From NCBI GenBank assembly GCA_000091205.1, contig AP006486.2: DNA of 64,000 nt; one strand, written 5' to 3'. The position numbers were made by a program, and so were the translations under genes. Below are positions 1-12,477 of this stretch, one piece after another (the stretch's first letter is position 1; each line of letters starts with the position of its first letter). This stretch comes from Cyanidioschyzon merolae. Its lineage: Eukaryota. The notes under the pieces are model-generated. The model saw nothing but the letters and a program-made list of their open reading frames with translations, was not told where the DNA came from and searched no databases.

Positions 1-627
1 GGGCTCCCGGAGCCTTCCGTCTCTTCTGTTCGCATGGAATCATACAAATGACCGCAGTTCAGCAGTACGCGCTCCAGGTATCCGCACGCCAGCGATCTTC
101 GCAACTGGGGCGAAGAGTGCTCCCCGCATACACCATGCGTATGCGCTGTGTTCTTGCGGGTCCATATGTGTGTCGTGTCGTTTATAGGATCCGGGGAACT
201 TGCGGTTGTGCGCAATGGTTATCGGCAGCAGGGAGATCGTACGTTCTTCCATGGACCCGAAATGCGGCGACCACGACAACCACCGACACTTCCACGATCT
301 TGCTCAGTTACCTCGATCCTCCTGGTGTCGTACGTCCGCCGGTGACACCCGCTAAGACGTTTACTCGCTTGTCTGGTGACCTGATTCCGCAGACAGGAAA
401 CTGATTCCCCAGATACGGCGTCGTTGATAGTCTGGTACACATTCGACGCATCCGCGGACTAGCTGTACATCACAAGGGGGCGCGTTCAGGAGCCCCTGGT
501 GTATCCAGTGTCACAGGCGATTCACATCACGATCAGAGCGGCATCCAGAGAAGCAGATCATGATCACATCGATTCCAATACTTGTTTACACGTGCAGTCT
601 CGTACTAGTCTCGTCAAGATGAAGCAC

Positions 628-1629
628 TCAGGAAGCTTCCAGGCGACGTTCCTGTGCTACCTGTTCATGCACGTACGCACGAAACCTTTCCAAATCTGCA
701 AGCAGCGTACGTTCGACGAAACCCTGCAACAAGGGCGCACTCTTGAGCCAGAGCGCTACCCATGCTGGCAACTCAAACGCCAGCTCAATTTCCAGCATCG
801 TACTCGGAACAGACGATGATGATAACGATGATGATGATGACGACGACGGCGACGACTTGTTCGTGTGCTCCCGAAACGCTACACGTCCACGATTACGGAG
901 GCCTCGCACGGATTCCCAGGCAATCTCTGTTGGCGGCTCGACACGAACCATACGAGCTTGCCAGGTGAACTCCAGTCCCTTCGCTGCAAGCGTCCAGTGC
1001 GTCAACTGCGGGTCTCGAGCATCGACTCGCACAGAGCGAAGCCAGGGCGACCAACGCGGCATCGCGTCGAGGTCACGATAGTGAGCAAACACGAGCTCCC
1101 GGGGTGCATCCACCTGGATAGCGGCTCGATGCTGTACCCAGGCGCACTCGAGCCGTCGTCGTACAACATGACGATGCCTAGCTGCGCACTTACGGACTTG
1201 TGTGGGTACCGTTTGCCAGAAGCCGGACACGCGCACCGCATCACCTGCGTCAGCTGGCAACGTCACCGACCGCTGAGCGAGCACCCAAGTCCCTGGTTGA
1301 GCGAGGACGTGCGCTGCGCGTACACGCCGACCCAAACGCCCTGCACTGCAGCAGATAGCGAGTCGAGTTCGTGGCAACGGGCGACCAGTAGCACAGAGCG
1401 CCCAGCCTAGAGCAAACGCTCGAGTCACTTGCGCCTGTCTGCTGATCAACGCTGGCTGCAGGCTCAATTCAGCGACAGCTTGCGTGCACGCGAACTGTTT
1501 GCAACGTGCTGGGGTACCGATGACGCCGACCTCAACGCCAGTGTCACCCGCAGCGCCACGCCAGGCTGCCGTACCGCAAGCTGTTCTCCGCGCACCAGAC
1601 ACCATCGCCTGGTACCGGCCGATGCGCAC
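628..1629 (-). CDS. SRPBCC/START-like (polyketide cyclase/COQ10-like) domain protein with Arg-rich N-terminus and a poly-Ser tract
   Basis: ORF translation ...ELVFAHYRDLDAMPRWSPWLRSVRVDARDPQLTHWTL...GLEFTWQARMVRVEPPTEIAWESVRGLRNRGRVAF... matches the SRPBCC/Coq10 fold pattern from memory. The N-terminus MRIGRYQAMVSGARR... looks like a mitochondrial presequence. The Ser-run is encoded by a GAT/GAC microsatellite at 814-856. Confidence 0.4.
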   Translation of the reverse strand: MRIGRYQAMVSGARRTACGTAAWRGAAGDTGVEVGVIGTPARCKQFACTQAVAELSLQPALISRQAQVTRAFALGWALCATGRPLPRTRLAICCSAGRLGRRVRAAHVLAQPGTWVLAQRSVTLPADAGDAVRVSGFWQTVPTQVRKCAARHRHVVRRRLECAWVQHRAAIQVDAPRELVFAHYRDLDAMPRWSPWLRSVRVDARDPQLTHWTLAAKGLEFTWQARMVRVEPPTEIAWESVRGLRNRGRVAFREHTNKSSPSSSSSSSLSSSSVPSTMLEIELAFELPAWVALWLKSAPLLQGFVERTLLADLERFRAYVHEQVAQERRLEAS

Positions 1630-2106
1630 TGCGAGACGAAACGCTTATCGTGCTTCGGATGTCGCTGTCCCGACTGACCGTAACGCTCACTCGAGGCAGA
1701 ACGGACGTCTGCACAGGAGCAGGCACCAAAGTGCCTCGTTGTTGCCCAGAGCCACTTGGCGTTGCCGCCAGAGCGCTCCGGTCTGTGCGCCGCTCGGGTG
1801 TCGGCAACACGCCACAACCCTTGCCAGAGCGTACAGTTAAGGAGGACAGCGTTTTACTCTTGCGCTGCACTAGAGATCGAGCACCAACAGTTCGCACTGC
1901 TCTACGAGCAGGTAACTCGGTGGCGATGCACCGTCCAAGCACAGCGCCGGGTGCTGGTACCCAGTTGTCGTACCTTTTTGGCAGTGTGTACGGGCAGTCA
2001 CACGGCCGCTGCGGTTCACGAACCTGGAGAGTACACACTCGAGCGATCAAGTACTCTAGCACGCAGATTAGAGGGTTGGTAAGCGACAACCGCGACCCGA
2101 GCACAC

Positions 2107-2133
2107 CCAGACACAGACACAGACACAGACAAC
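2107..2133. repeat. (ACAGAC)n microsatellite just 3' of separase stop
   Basis: acacagacacagacacagacaaca read directly. Confidence 0.8.
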
Positions 2134-2152
2134 ACCAGTACTGGCAGTCGTG

Positions 2153-3716
2153 TTACCGGAACGGTGCTCCGTAGACCACAGAGGCGGCGGCGTTCACCCA
2201 GCGCAGGCGACATGCAGCGCGCCCGGCCTGCAGCGCTGACGCAACCAGCAGAGGCGCTGCTGTCGAACGGGCATCTTCGACGACGCATCGACAATCCGAG
2301 TCAGCGTAGAATTGTTCTTGTCGTTGATGGTGTTGATGATGATGACGACGACGACGAGGATATTCGACTGGTTGTTCTCGACCGAGTCGCTGTGCATCCG
2401 CTTGTTCACGTTCGTGCAGTGAAATCGACGACGATAGCACCGCCTGTGTGGTTGCCGAGCGCTGGTGCGGCTCGGAGCGAGTCGCTTCCAGCGGGCAGAG
2501 CTCCTCCGAGCTCGTACTTGTCCAGGGTTTGCCAGGCATTGTGGCTGGCGGCTGTGCATTCGAGTCTGACCCCCGGGGTGCCATAGCATCAACTGGGGAG
2601 CTCTTGGCGCCGACGCACTGCGGACTCGTGGCGGCCGACAAGTGCTCCCACGTCGCCACAGTGAGTCGATCCAGGTCGCCGTCGGTGACATCCCAGAGCT
2701 GCGCGACGACGCCGTGGGCACCTGCGGCGAGCCAGTCGAGCGCTGCTCCGTGCGCATCGAGTGCCTCAGCGTGCTCCAGGAGGCCGCTGCGACAACCCAT
2801 GAGAAACACAGCCTGGGGCAGGGTCGTCGTTTGACGCACTAGGCGGCGTGGTTGTAGGTATGCTTCTCCGGTCCCGTGTCCGCAGTAGAGCAGAACACAG
2901 GGCTGTACTGCGGCCAGCGCTTGGGTGATGCTGGCGCGCTGGCTGTCGTCGGCACCAGCAGCGCTATCAGCATTTGCAGAAGCGGCTGCGGTTGCGGCAA
3001 GGTCGGTCCATCCGTACCGTAAGCGAAACCCGGGGTGATGCTCTAGGAGAGGCCGCAGGAAACGCTCGGTGCGGCGCAAGTCACCAGCTGGATTCAACAA
3101 GAAAGCTCCACGTTGCCAACCGGGTACCGCACTGCGAGTCAGGTGATGGTAGCGCTCCAGGGCTTGCTCGATCGCCGCACTAGCAGGGAAACGCATCGCA
3201 GCCGCGTGGCGCAGCGTCGGTGTCGACTCGAGCGGCAGCAAGTCGTGCTCCGCGTCCAGGAGCAGCAACACAACCGGAGCGACACCGGAATCCGAGCTGG
3301 TCGCATCTGGCACGCTACCGGCACCATCGAGCTGCTGCAGCTGCGATGCAGACGCGGCGTTCGACACCGAAGCCGCCAATGGCAATCCGCACAGGAGCGT
3401 CTCGAGACGCTGGTCGAGCCAGCGGCCCAGCTGCTGATCGAGGCGGGTGCGGGTGTCCCACCAGGCACGTCGCTCCGGAGCGGAAAGCGAGAGCGCCTCC
3501 GACTCCGAGGCAAGATGTGTTTGCGTGCCGGCCTGCAGCAGCTGGGCAAGCTCGCGCGCCAACTGCTGCGCGTCTGGCCGCTGGTCGTCGTGTACCAGCC
3601 GCTGGGCGTGCAGGTGCAGCACGGAACCCCGTGCGGCCTTGGTACAGCTGCATTCCGCGTGCTCATTGCAAGGCGTCCACGAAAGCGACTCGTCTGCCAC
3701 GTCATGTGGGGCATCT

Positions 3717-3752
<36 letters not shown>

Positions 3753-5386
3753 AGGGAAATGCTGCCCAATTGATCGACCAGGTCCGCGGGTGGTTCAGGT
3801 GCCGCGCCACTGCGCCACAGAGCGACGCGGGCGCTCTGGCCGCTCGTTGCATCGTACCGTAGCGCAATGATCATCCACCCGAGGGGAAGCAGTCGCCCGA
3901 GCCGCTCCAAGTACTGCAGGGGCGGCAATGTGTCCCAGACGGACGGCGCTGGCGCCGCATCTGCCTCAGCATTTGCGTCTGCGGCTTTCGCCCGACGCCG
4001 GAGCAGTGCACAGCGTTGCCGCCATCGCGGTGCGAACGACCGCAGCAGCGTTGCGGTACCGCACACACGAAGCGGCCTCGACGCAGGCACGTTCCGGTCG
4101 ATAGCAGCGACGCGAAGCATCGCAAAAGCCACTTCAGCGTAGATTGCGGACGCTACCAGCCAGGGCGATCCGCCCAGGTCGGGCGCTGGAATACCGGAAC
4201 GCGACCTGGACATGCCGTTTTGCAGCGGCAGCAGGTACGCTTTGCACAGCTGCCAACAGTGAGCGACATGGTCGTGGAGTTGTCGTGCATCTGGACGCTT
4301 TGCCATCGTGTATCGGGTGTGGCTGCTGGCAAGCCCCAAATACAAACCCAGCGCCTCCAAATACGCCGGCAAGCACTGCCCAGCAGTAGACGCAGCCAAC
4401 AGGGCCCGCAATCGCTGGGCAGCCTCCTGGAGCATCGCAGCTGCCGACGACGTGCTGTTGTGTTGATCACCTGTAGTCGAAACGAGGAGCGCCCGGTGCT
4501 GCTGGAGTTGCAGCAGCGCGTCCCACGGAAGTGCGCCGACTTGATCTGATTCAGAGTGCACTCGGCTGTGGAGTTGCTGCGCAACAAGCTGCTGCGCGCG
4601 TTCTGCGGCCTGTTGCAGTGCTGCCAGGAATCGCTGATAGAACGTCGTATCGCGCGGCGATGTCGCATTGCGTCGTAGCCAGTATAGTCGAAAAACTTGC
4701 TGCTGAATTTGTTGAACGGCCAAAGGTAGCGTCCAGAGTGAATACGCCGCGTTCATGCATCCATTCCACGCTCGGCAGAGTGCCACAGCTTGGCGTCGAC
4801 ACTGCTCCGCGAGTTCCGCTTGTCCAGCTCGCGTCCGCAGCAGGGAGAGCTGCATGAGGCTCCGAGAGCGCGCTGCGTCTAGAAGAACTGGCGCAGGCGG
4901 GCCCGCGCACAATGCTTGAATACGTTCATGGTAATAGAGGCCGTCTTTCCATGCCCCAAGGCAAATGCTAAGATTAGCGAGGAGATCCAACGAACGACAG
5001 AGCGCTCGCGTCGGGTACTCTACGACTGCGTCCACTGGCCTGAGCTCGGCGGCCTCCACTGGCCGGCTCTGGGTGGCGATGACCAAATCCCCAACGATTG
5101 CCGCCGTGGAACGAGCGAGTACGCTAGTGCCAGCGCCAAGCACGGGTATCGCCGGTGAAGGCGTCGATTTGCACGGGAGCAGTAGTTGCTGCGCCTGCAA
5201 CGCACATCCCAGGGCTCGGTTTGCGTGCTCGATGGCTTCCACAAGCAGGTGACTAGATGCGAGCTGTTTTGCACTGCGCATTTCAGAGTCATGCAGTGCT
5301 AGCATATCTGCAAGGCTTGCGTTGGCATCTGCGAGCGTTGACCTTGCTACCGGGGCCTCGAAACGATCCGCATCCTCCACTGAATC

Positions 5387-5420
<34 letters not shown>

Positions 5421-8400
5421 TAGGCTAGCATCCGCTGACCCCAAGTCGAAAGCGTTGCATGCGCCGCGGCTGGCGCCTCTAGAATGTCCGATTCGACAAG
5501 CTGGCGCAGACGATGTCGCTGCCGCATGACCTGATGCGTCCAGCCTAGTTGCTCGGCGAGGAGCATCGCTCGAGCCGCACACAGCGCTTGACGCCATCGA
5601 TCGCCGCGCGCGCATCGGTGCATTGCGTCCAAACAGTACAGAGCGGGTAGCGTGTGATCCGCCAGCTGGAAGAGGCGTGCCGCCACCTCGAAGGCGTCCC
5701 AGGCGAGCTCGCGCTGCCACCATACGAACCAGCAGTGCGCGATACATGCTGGTGACCGAACCTGTAACCATGAGTGACGCCAGCTCTGCACGAGATGAAA
5801 GAGGTGTCTGGCGGCATGCGATGGGGATTCGTCTACTGCAGAGGATGCCTGGGTAGAGTGTTCGTCGATTGCGTCCGTGGGCTTATCCGCTGGGGCGCTG
5901 GAGTCGTCGCTTGAACCCGGACATCGAAGCAAGTGCTGCAACATCCGTTCCAGAGCATCGTAAAGAGCCGCCAGGTCCCGTGTGAAAGCGTCGTCAGTAT
6001 CAGCTGGATATGATTCGGCTTCTTCGGTACTGCTTGGTGGCGTCGTTGTTTCCAACGGTGCTGCAGCGGATAGATCGGGTGATGTTGTTGCTGGTGTTGG
6101 TGCTCGTACGCAACGCCTGAGCACGGCACCGGGCAGGAGCGCACGCGCAACACATAGCTGTTGATGAAGCGTTTCGACGGCTGCAGATGTGCACCTGGGC
6201 AGCGGCGAAGCGGATAACGCTGGTTCCGGGGCAGCCTCACCGGCGCCTGTTGCACCGAGTCTGCGGGCCATTGTTCGCCGGACGGCTTCATAGATGACAT
6301 AGGTATCGTCTAATTGACTGGAAGCGCCTCGCGCATCCATGCTGTTCATGGTGTTGATGTTGGTGGTTGTAGTGGTGGCGGCGCGAACGCTGCGTCTCCA
6401 TACGCGCTCCATGGCGACTCCCAGCAGGCACAAGGCCTCGGTCGAGAACGAATCCAAAAAGGGCTGCGCGGCGTCCGATTTCGGGCAACCTCGTAAACCC
6501 GCTTGCACGAGACGAAATAAGGCAGCGCAGAGTTCCCATGGCGGTGGCGATGGCAACGGCGATGGCGGCGCTACAGTGCATGATTGTGCGATGGCCGTCG
6601 CGCGCAGCGATGCTTCTGGTGGAGCGTTCGATTCATGGAGTCTCCAAAGAAACTGACTGCACTCATCCCACAACAATCGTGCACTGTCGGGGCGCTGGGC
6701 ACGGACCCACGCCTGTAACGCATACGCGAGGCGCTGCAGGCCGGTGCGGATCCATTGCGCAGGCAAAGTCGAATGGTGGTCAGAGTCGGAGCCGGCACTC
6801 GGGGCGTCGCGAGGCCAGCTGAGCATCAGCGTATGCTGCCAGCAATGCGCTGCGGCCGCGTATGCGCTCTGGACGGAAGCATCCTGGCTGTTGGCGTCAG
6901 CATTTGATGTCGCACTCGCGGAGACGGTGCGAATGTGTTCATACAAGTCTGCAGCCGTGTTGTGAAGGACTGCAGCCGCCCAGGCACGCAGGCGCTCGCG
7001 CTCGCAAGTGTCTGCAGCTTGTCGCATACTTGATTGAGTGAGTTGCTGAAGCTGGTCTGTGGTGCTGGTAATGCTTTCCGCCACAGAGCTCAGCGTGCTA
7101 GTGTGCGTCGCTGGAGCGTGTTCCTCGACAGCGTTCGTACGCAGTCGACACACAGCAGCCCTCAGCTTCTGCTGCAACTGGGTTAGACACCACTGTGCGA
7201 GGCGCGGATCCATTGTGATCTTTTCCTGAGAAGCTGCCTGCACGACTACATGTACCAGGTATTCCTGCACGAGCGGCTGACGATGCGCCCGGCGCACGAG
7301 CACGCGCAGGGTGCTTGGTGGTTTCAATGCTCGCCAGCAGTCGCCAGGCTGCCTCTCTGGAATCGTTCCACCACGCAATGTAGCAGGATCGCGTAGTAAT
7401 AACTCGGAGAGATGGAGTACCTCTGTTGCTTGCAGCACAGTGTGCTGTTGCTGTTGCTGCTCGCAGCTGGCGTCATGCCGCTGGACTAGCGCATCGCGTT
7501 CAATTCGCCTTGCTAGCTGTTGGCATGCATTGGCGGATTCCGAGTTTGCCCAGTCCTCCAGGAGCCAATGAAGCATCCACTCGTCCTCGAGAACGCATGA
7601 CGCCAGCATCGCTCCGTCCAATGGAAGCAGTTGCTCCACGAACCAACCGAAGAGCGCGTTTCGGTCGTTCTCATCGCATGCCTCTGAGCGACCGATCTCG
7701 CATACGAGGCGCCCGAGGCAGCGCACCTGTGTCCGCGTGCGTTCCCCGAAACGAAGCGCATGCAAACGAGCTGAGATCCACAGCATGGCGCGTAGAAGCG
7801 CAGGCTCGCGGTTCCAGTAGTCGTGCATGAGCGTTTGCCAATGATGTAAATTCGACAGGAGTGCATCCCGGATTGTTTCGAAACACGATCGGGTGGTAAC
7901 CAGAGCGTGCGAACTTGGGCTCGTTCCTGCATCGTTCTGCAGTTCCGCGTAGATGCGCGTGAGCTTCGACATGACGGTGTCCGCGAGCCATCGGCCGAAT
8001 CTAATGTACAGCGAAGCAACTGCTGCATCCCTGGCCATGGTGTGGATTTCTTCCACGGAAACCGGGGCCAAGGCGTGCGTTGCCAAAAAAATCCTCAAAC
8101 CAAGGGCGGTTAGCTGCGCATCAGTGTCAGCGTCTACATCGTGGTTCATCCGCAAAGCCGTTGGGGCGTCGTTCTCGTCATGACCTTGGCCAGGCAAATC
8201 CTCGCAACGCTCAAGCGCCCACAGTACAACGGGCACCCACCGCCCGGCCTGAAGCGATGAAGCAGTGGCATTGAGCATCTCCAACTCGAAGCATTCCGGC
8301 AGCTTCCAATTCTGCCCGTTCGAGAGTCCCGACTCGAGAGCAGCAAGCGCATCACTCGCCAGAACAACCCCGACCTGACGCAGCCACGGCACTGCCATGG

Positions 8401-9205
8401 ATCCTGTTGCTCCCGCAGTGACTCGGGAAGTCGCGGCCTCGTCATGGATTGTAGTGTCGCCTCTGGGTGTTCCCATAGCGTCTGATGCTTGCAACGCTGC
8501 ATCATCTCTAGGTTCGGCTATACTACAAAAGCGTTTCTCGATGAACACCAAATGAACTGCCAATATCCACGTATACCAGTGCACAGCATCTAGTGACAGC
8601 TTCGTTGCATGCACGGATGCAGCGCACGCATCTAGACAGCGCAGCGCGAAAATCCCGCCAAACCACAAGAATCGCATGCACGCATCGCAGCACACGTATG
8701 CGTGCGCTTCACGCAGACGTGTGAGCGCTCGAGCAAGCTGCTGCAGGAACTCGAGGAGAAACTCCAGTTCAGCAGGAGTGTCTGCGCAGGTTACCGCCGG
8801 CTGGAGCGGTTGTTGCAGCCGTTGACGGCGAAAGGCGCAACGAATTCCAGCGTTTTCTGTACGGTCTCGAGATGCGACGCAACCAACTTGTTGTGTTGTC
8901 TCGGCTTGTTGGCAATGATGTTCAGCTAAAGTTTCAGACAAGGTCTTCAGGTAGCAGAGTGCCCACGTGGAGTCCTTGCACGGTCGCGTGCGCGAGCTAC
9001 TTCGTCGGCGATCGTCCAACAGGCACTTTGACTCGAAACACTTGAGCACTTGTTTGTTTTGCTCAGTTTGTGTCCCTTTTTCGCTGCATATCATACGATG
9101 CTTCCTCATACGATGCCGTCTTCTGATCAGCGGCTGCTCCCAGAGTCTCCAGGTACTGGAGTAGCGCTCCCAGCAGCGGTTGTGTCGCAGCGGGCAGGCT
9201 GGCAC
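2153..9205 (-). CDS. separase (peptidase C50, Esp1-like), 2350 aa, single uninterrupted ORF
   Basis: C-terminal catalytic dyad motifs typical of separase: ...LLYCGHGTGEAYL... (His) and ...VFLMGCRSGLL... (Cys) about 26 aa apart near the C-terminus. Giant size is typical of separases. Poly-Q (QQQQQQQQQQQ) and poly-A tracts are encoded by CTG/CAG repeats at 3718-3753 and 5389-5418. Stop codon is TAA. Confidence 0.65.
3718..3753. repeat. (CTG)n coding microsatellite (poly-Gln in separase on minus strand)
   Basis: gctgctgctg... x11 read directly; gives QQQQQQQQQQQ in the 2153..9205 ORF. Confidence 0.85.
5389..5418. repeat. (CAG)9 coding microsatellite (poly-Ala in separase frame)
   Basis: cagcagcag... 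read directly; encodes AAAAAAAAA in the separase ORF. Confidence 0.85.
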
Positions 9206-12200
9206 GCACCGCGTCTCGCACTGGCGATTTGAACGGCTGCGGCTGACGTCGCGCAGGCCGTTTGCTCTCGGAGTACTTGTATATAGTTTAGTACTAATAT
9301 GTTAATATGTGTTCAGCCTTGAGAATCATACGAGAATTGTTTCTCTGACAAAACATTCACGCACGCACTGGTCGTTTCGTATGCTCTATGTGTCGCCAAG
9401 TGCCTGGCGTGAGCGCCCGCAATAGCGCCTATAGCACCGGTGTAGTCGTAGCTCGGATAAAGGATGACTATGCCGTGCACCGGAGAGTGTCGGCTTGAGA
9501 GGATAAACTGATACACATTCAGAGACGCTTCCCAGCCGTTTTCGATCGGCCGACTGCCACCGGCTTCAGTTGCTCTTTGCACCATTCGAGCCTGAGAGGC
9601 TGCCCTACAAAGCTGGATTGCTTCAGCACCGCGTGTCTCGTCGTCAGCACCACATGTCGTCTGATCCTGATGGTGGTATTGAAGTCTTTGTTCACGAACT
9701 CCATGCGTTAGTTGCCACTAGTTGAATTCATCAATGCACGGATTCCTTGAAATCTTACCTTCTGTACCTCTGCAGGCTTGTCATCGTCAATTCGGGCAAA
9801 CACGTTTAAGCGACTGTCTCCCTTCTTCTCCGTCTTCTACGTTACCTGCTCTTCTTCTCGAAATGGTCGGAGAGAAGAGGATATTTTGGTTTCTTTGTTG
9901 AACCCGGTGTTGATTGCCCTCCGGGATTCCCGACTTATATGTCCCCAAGTTTTTCTCACATTTCTTATTTCTTCAAATGAAAGCACTTTTTGATGGCCTT
10001 CAGATGTGGACCTTACCCGACGAAGAAGGGCATGGAGAGGAAAGACGACACGTGCCCCCGTTTGTCACCGTGCCCCAGAAGCTTCAGCGATTCTCCCAGT
10101 TGAGCAGTGATTACGTTTCACGACAGAAAACTCTCCTTCGATGGGGTTGAATCACGTAGAGTGCGGAGGAATGCAAAACAGCTCTAGCCTGATGGAATTG
10201 GCAAAAGCTCGAACGCAACCGGAGTAGTGAAATGCCACGATGGCCAGTGAAGGGACCTCGCCAGACGTCAGGGGAAAGTCTTCAATGATTCGACGCAGTG
10301 GTTGATGCCATTATATGAGCCATCTCTACGAGCAAAATCTCGGGCGGCCAAATGAATCCGCTGCCGCCCGAACAAATGATGTCATCGTTCTCTGCGAGTT
10401 CGATCGTGCATACAACAGGCACCCCGCTCCGCGAATACCTGTACAGGTTACCATCGGATCGTCCGAGGGGAAGTTCATTGACTGGAAAAACAAACCGACG
10501 TTTCCGTGCTTCATACCGATCGCAACGTGCCTGCAACGCCATAATTTTGATTTCCGTCGAAGATGGCTGTGCATGCACTCGGACTTTCTTTTGCGACTAT
10601 ATCCCAGCGTTTTACGGGACCATACGAACAGGCTGCTGGGTACCGGTGACGCCCATGTCGACTCCTATTGTCGCATTTGCGTTCCATTAGGTAATCAACC
10701 GATCGCTTTCTATTCTTGAACGCAAACACGTTTTAAGAATATCGGGTTTTGGCGCGGAACGCATCACCTTCTTTCTTTAAATGTTCCTGAGCCATTCGGG
10801 TAATGTGTTATAACTGACCTGGAGGAGGAATGCAGTCCTCCTTGCACAGCTCAGTACAGAATCTATCTTAAATTCAATTCATCTACGATCTATACAGTAC
10901 ATGGCGACGTGATTTCAACCTCCTGCTATACACCCCAGCGGATGCGAAACAACATTGAGTTGAATGACTTTAAAACCCGGATGCATCGGCACCGCCAGCC
11001 TCCAAAGAAGCGATCAGCGCTCTGTTGCAGACGCGTGTACGTTCCGACTGTACTGGACCATTCTTGGCTTCGGGCGCAGCAGCTCGATCGATCCGAAGAC
11101 CTGTTGGGTAGCGAGTCTGCCTTTGGCGCTGGATTCGCCGGGTCTCGCTCGCGCAGGCAGAGCGCATAGACATGCAGGCGATGCGATACATCTACACACG
11201 TCGTTTCACGGTGCATGTGTCCTATGGATAGAAGCATCGCTCACGCGCCTGCTGGATCCGCGCTGCTGGTGAAGTTCGGCAAGGTTCCGCGAATCACGCG
11301 TTCAGAGTAACACTGGACAGGGGTCCGCCTGGAAGGCATTTTCAGCCCAGACGGATTTCTTCGTGCCTCTGGACGTGTGTGCAGTCTCATGTATGTGGTC
11401 GTTCAGTTGCGTCGAGTATACACTGCGGAATGGGGTTTTTTGGCGGCGGTCCATCGCGAGTAAGAGTAAGTCGCGTTGCCGCTAGGTATATCGGTATGCG
11501 TTTCTGGGCGTTTGGAAATGATGCTGGAGGCATTGAACCGATTCCCCAGAACACGCCCTACTGAAATTCAATGAGTTGTTCAGTACCCCGAGATACAAGC
11601 TGGCATGGCGATGACTTCATTGCAAACGCCCCGGCAACCGATGCAAATTGGCGTCCGCGCACAAGCTGTGCATGGAGGCAAGCTCCGGAGTCGATCGACC
11701 GACACAACTTGAAGAAGTAGGCGGGCACCCCAAAGCACACGTTTACGTGTGGCGCACCATCGGAATCAAGAATGATATGCTTTAACGGCGCGTAGGCCCG
11801 GGCTGCTTCTCGAGCCGACGGACGCGCGCGGACAAGCGGTCGATGCCGCAACTGCTTCCACAGGCACAAATAGATTTACGCGCTGATGTACATGCCGCCC
11901 ATTTGCACAGAAGGATCATCCCATGCGACAGACTCAGCTCTTCTTACTGCTTGTTTCTCGAGAAAATCTTTTGCTGTTACAGCACCGACGCTTCCCTGAC
12001 TCGCGATACCGCGTTCATGTGCATCCTCGGGGTATCACACGGGAGCACGGTATCGCGGTCGTCTTGGGTGCAGCGCGCATGAAGTCGTCCGACTCAAGCG
12101 CAGGCAAGAAGCAAGCAACAACTGCCGACGCTGCGCCCGCGTGCAACCCTCTGCGTCCCCGGCTCTGCCAGGGCCAAATCTTGACAACCACACAACTGAA

Positions 12201-12477
12201 CTATATGCAGGCGAAAAAAATCCTGTTCCTTCCTTTGAACAAACACCGCCGTCACTCTGAATTTGGCCGCAAATGAGCTCCAGGCGAGCCCCGAGCGCCC
12301 CTCATGCTGCAGCGAAGCGCACTTTCAGGGTCACCAACCGGCGATCATGTTCCTCGATCAACGGAACGTTTACACTGACCAGTCATCTCCGAGTGCGTGC
12401 TGTGGGTATCGGGAGCCTGACAGGCACCAGGCACGCTGCCGCAGGACCCAACCATAGGGGACAAAGCACATTCGTAC

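Noticed and set aside
3113-3870. Multiple 200-250 aa ORFs on both strands overlapping the separase ORF (e.g. 3113..3862 +, 3139..3867 -, 3220..3870 +).
   Set aside because: High GC content suppresses stop codons in all frames. These are nested within a 7 kb ORF that has clear catalytic motifs, and they have low-complexity Arg/Ala/Pro-rich translations.
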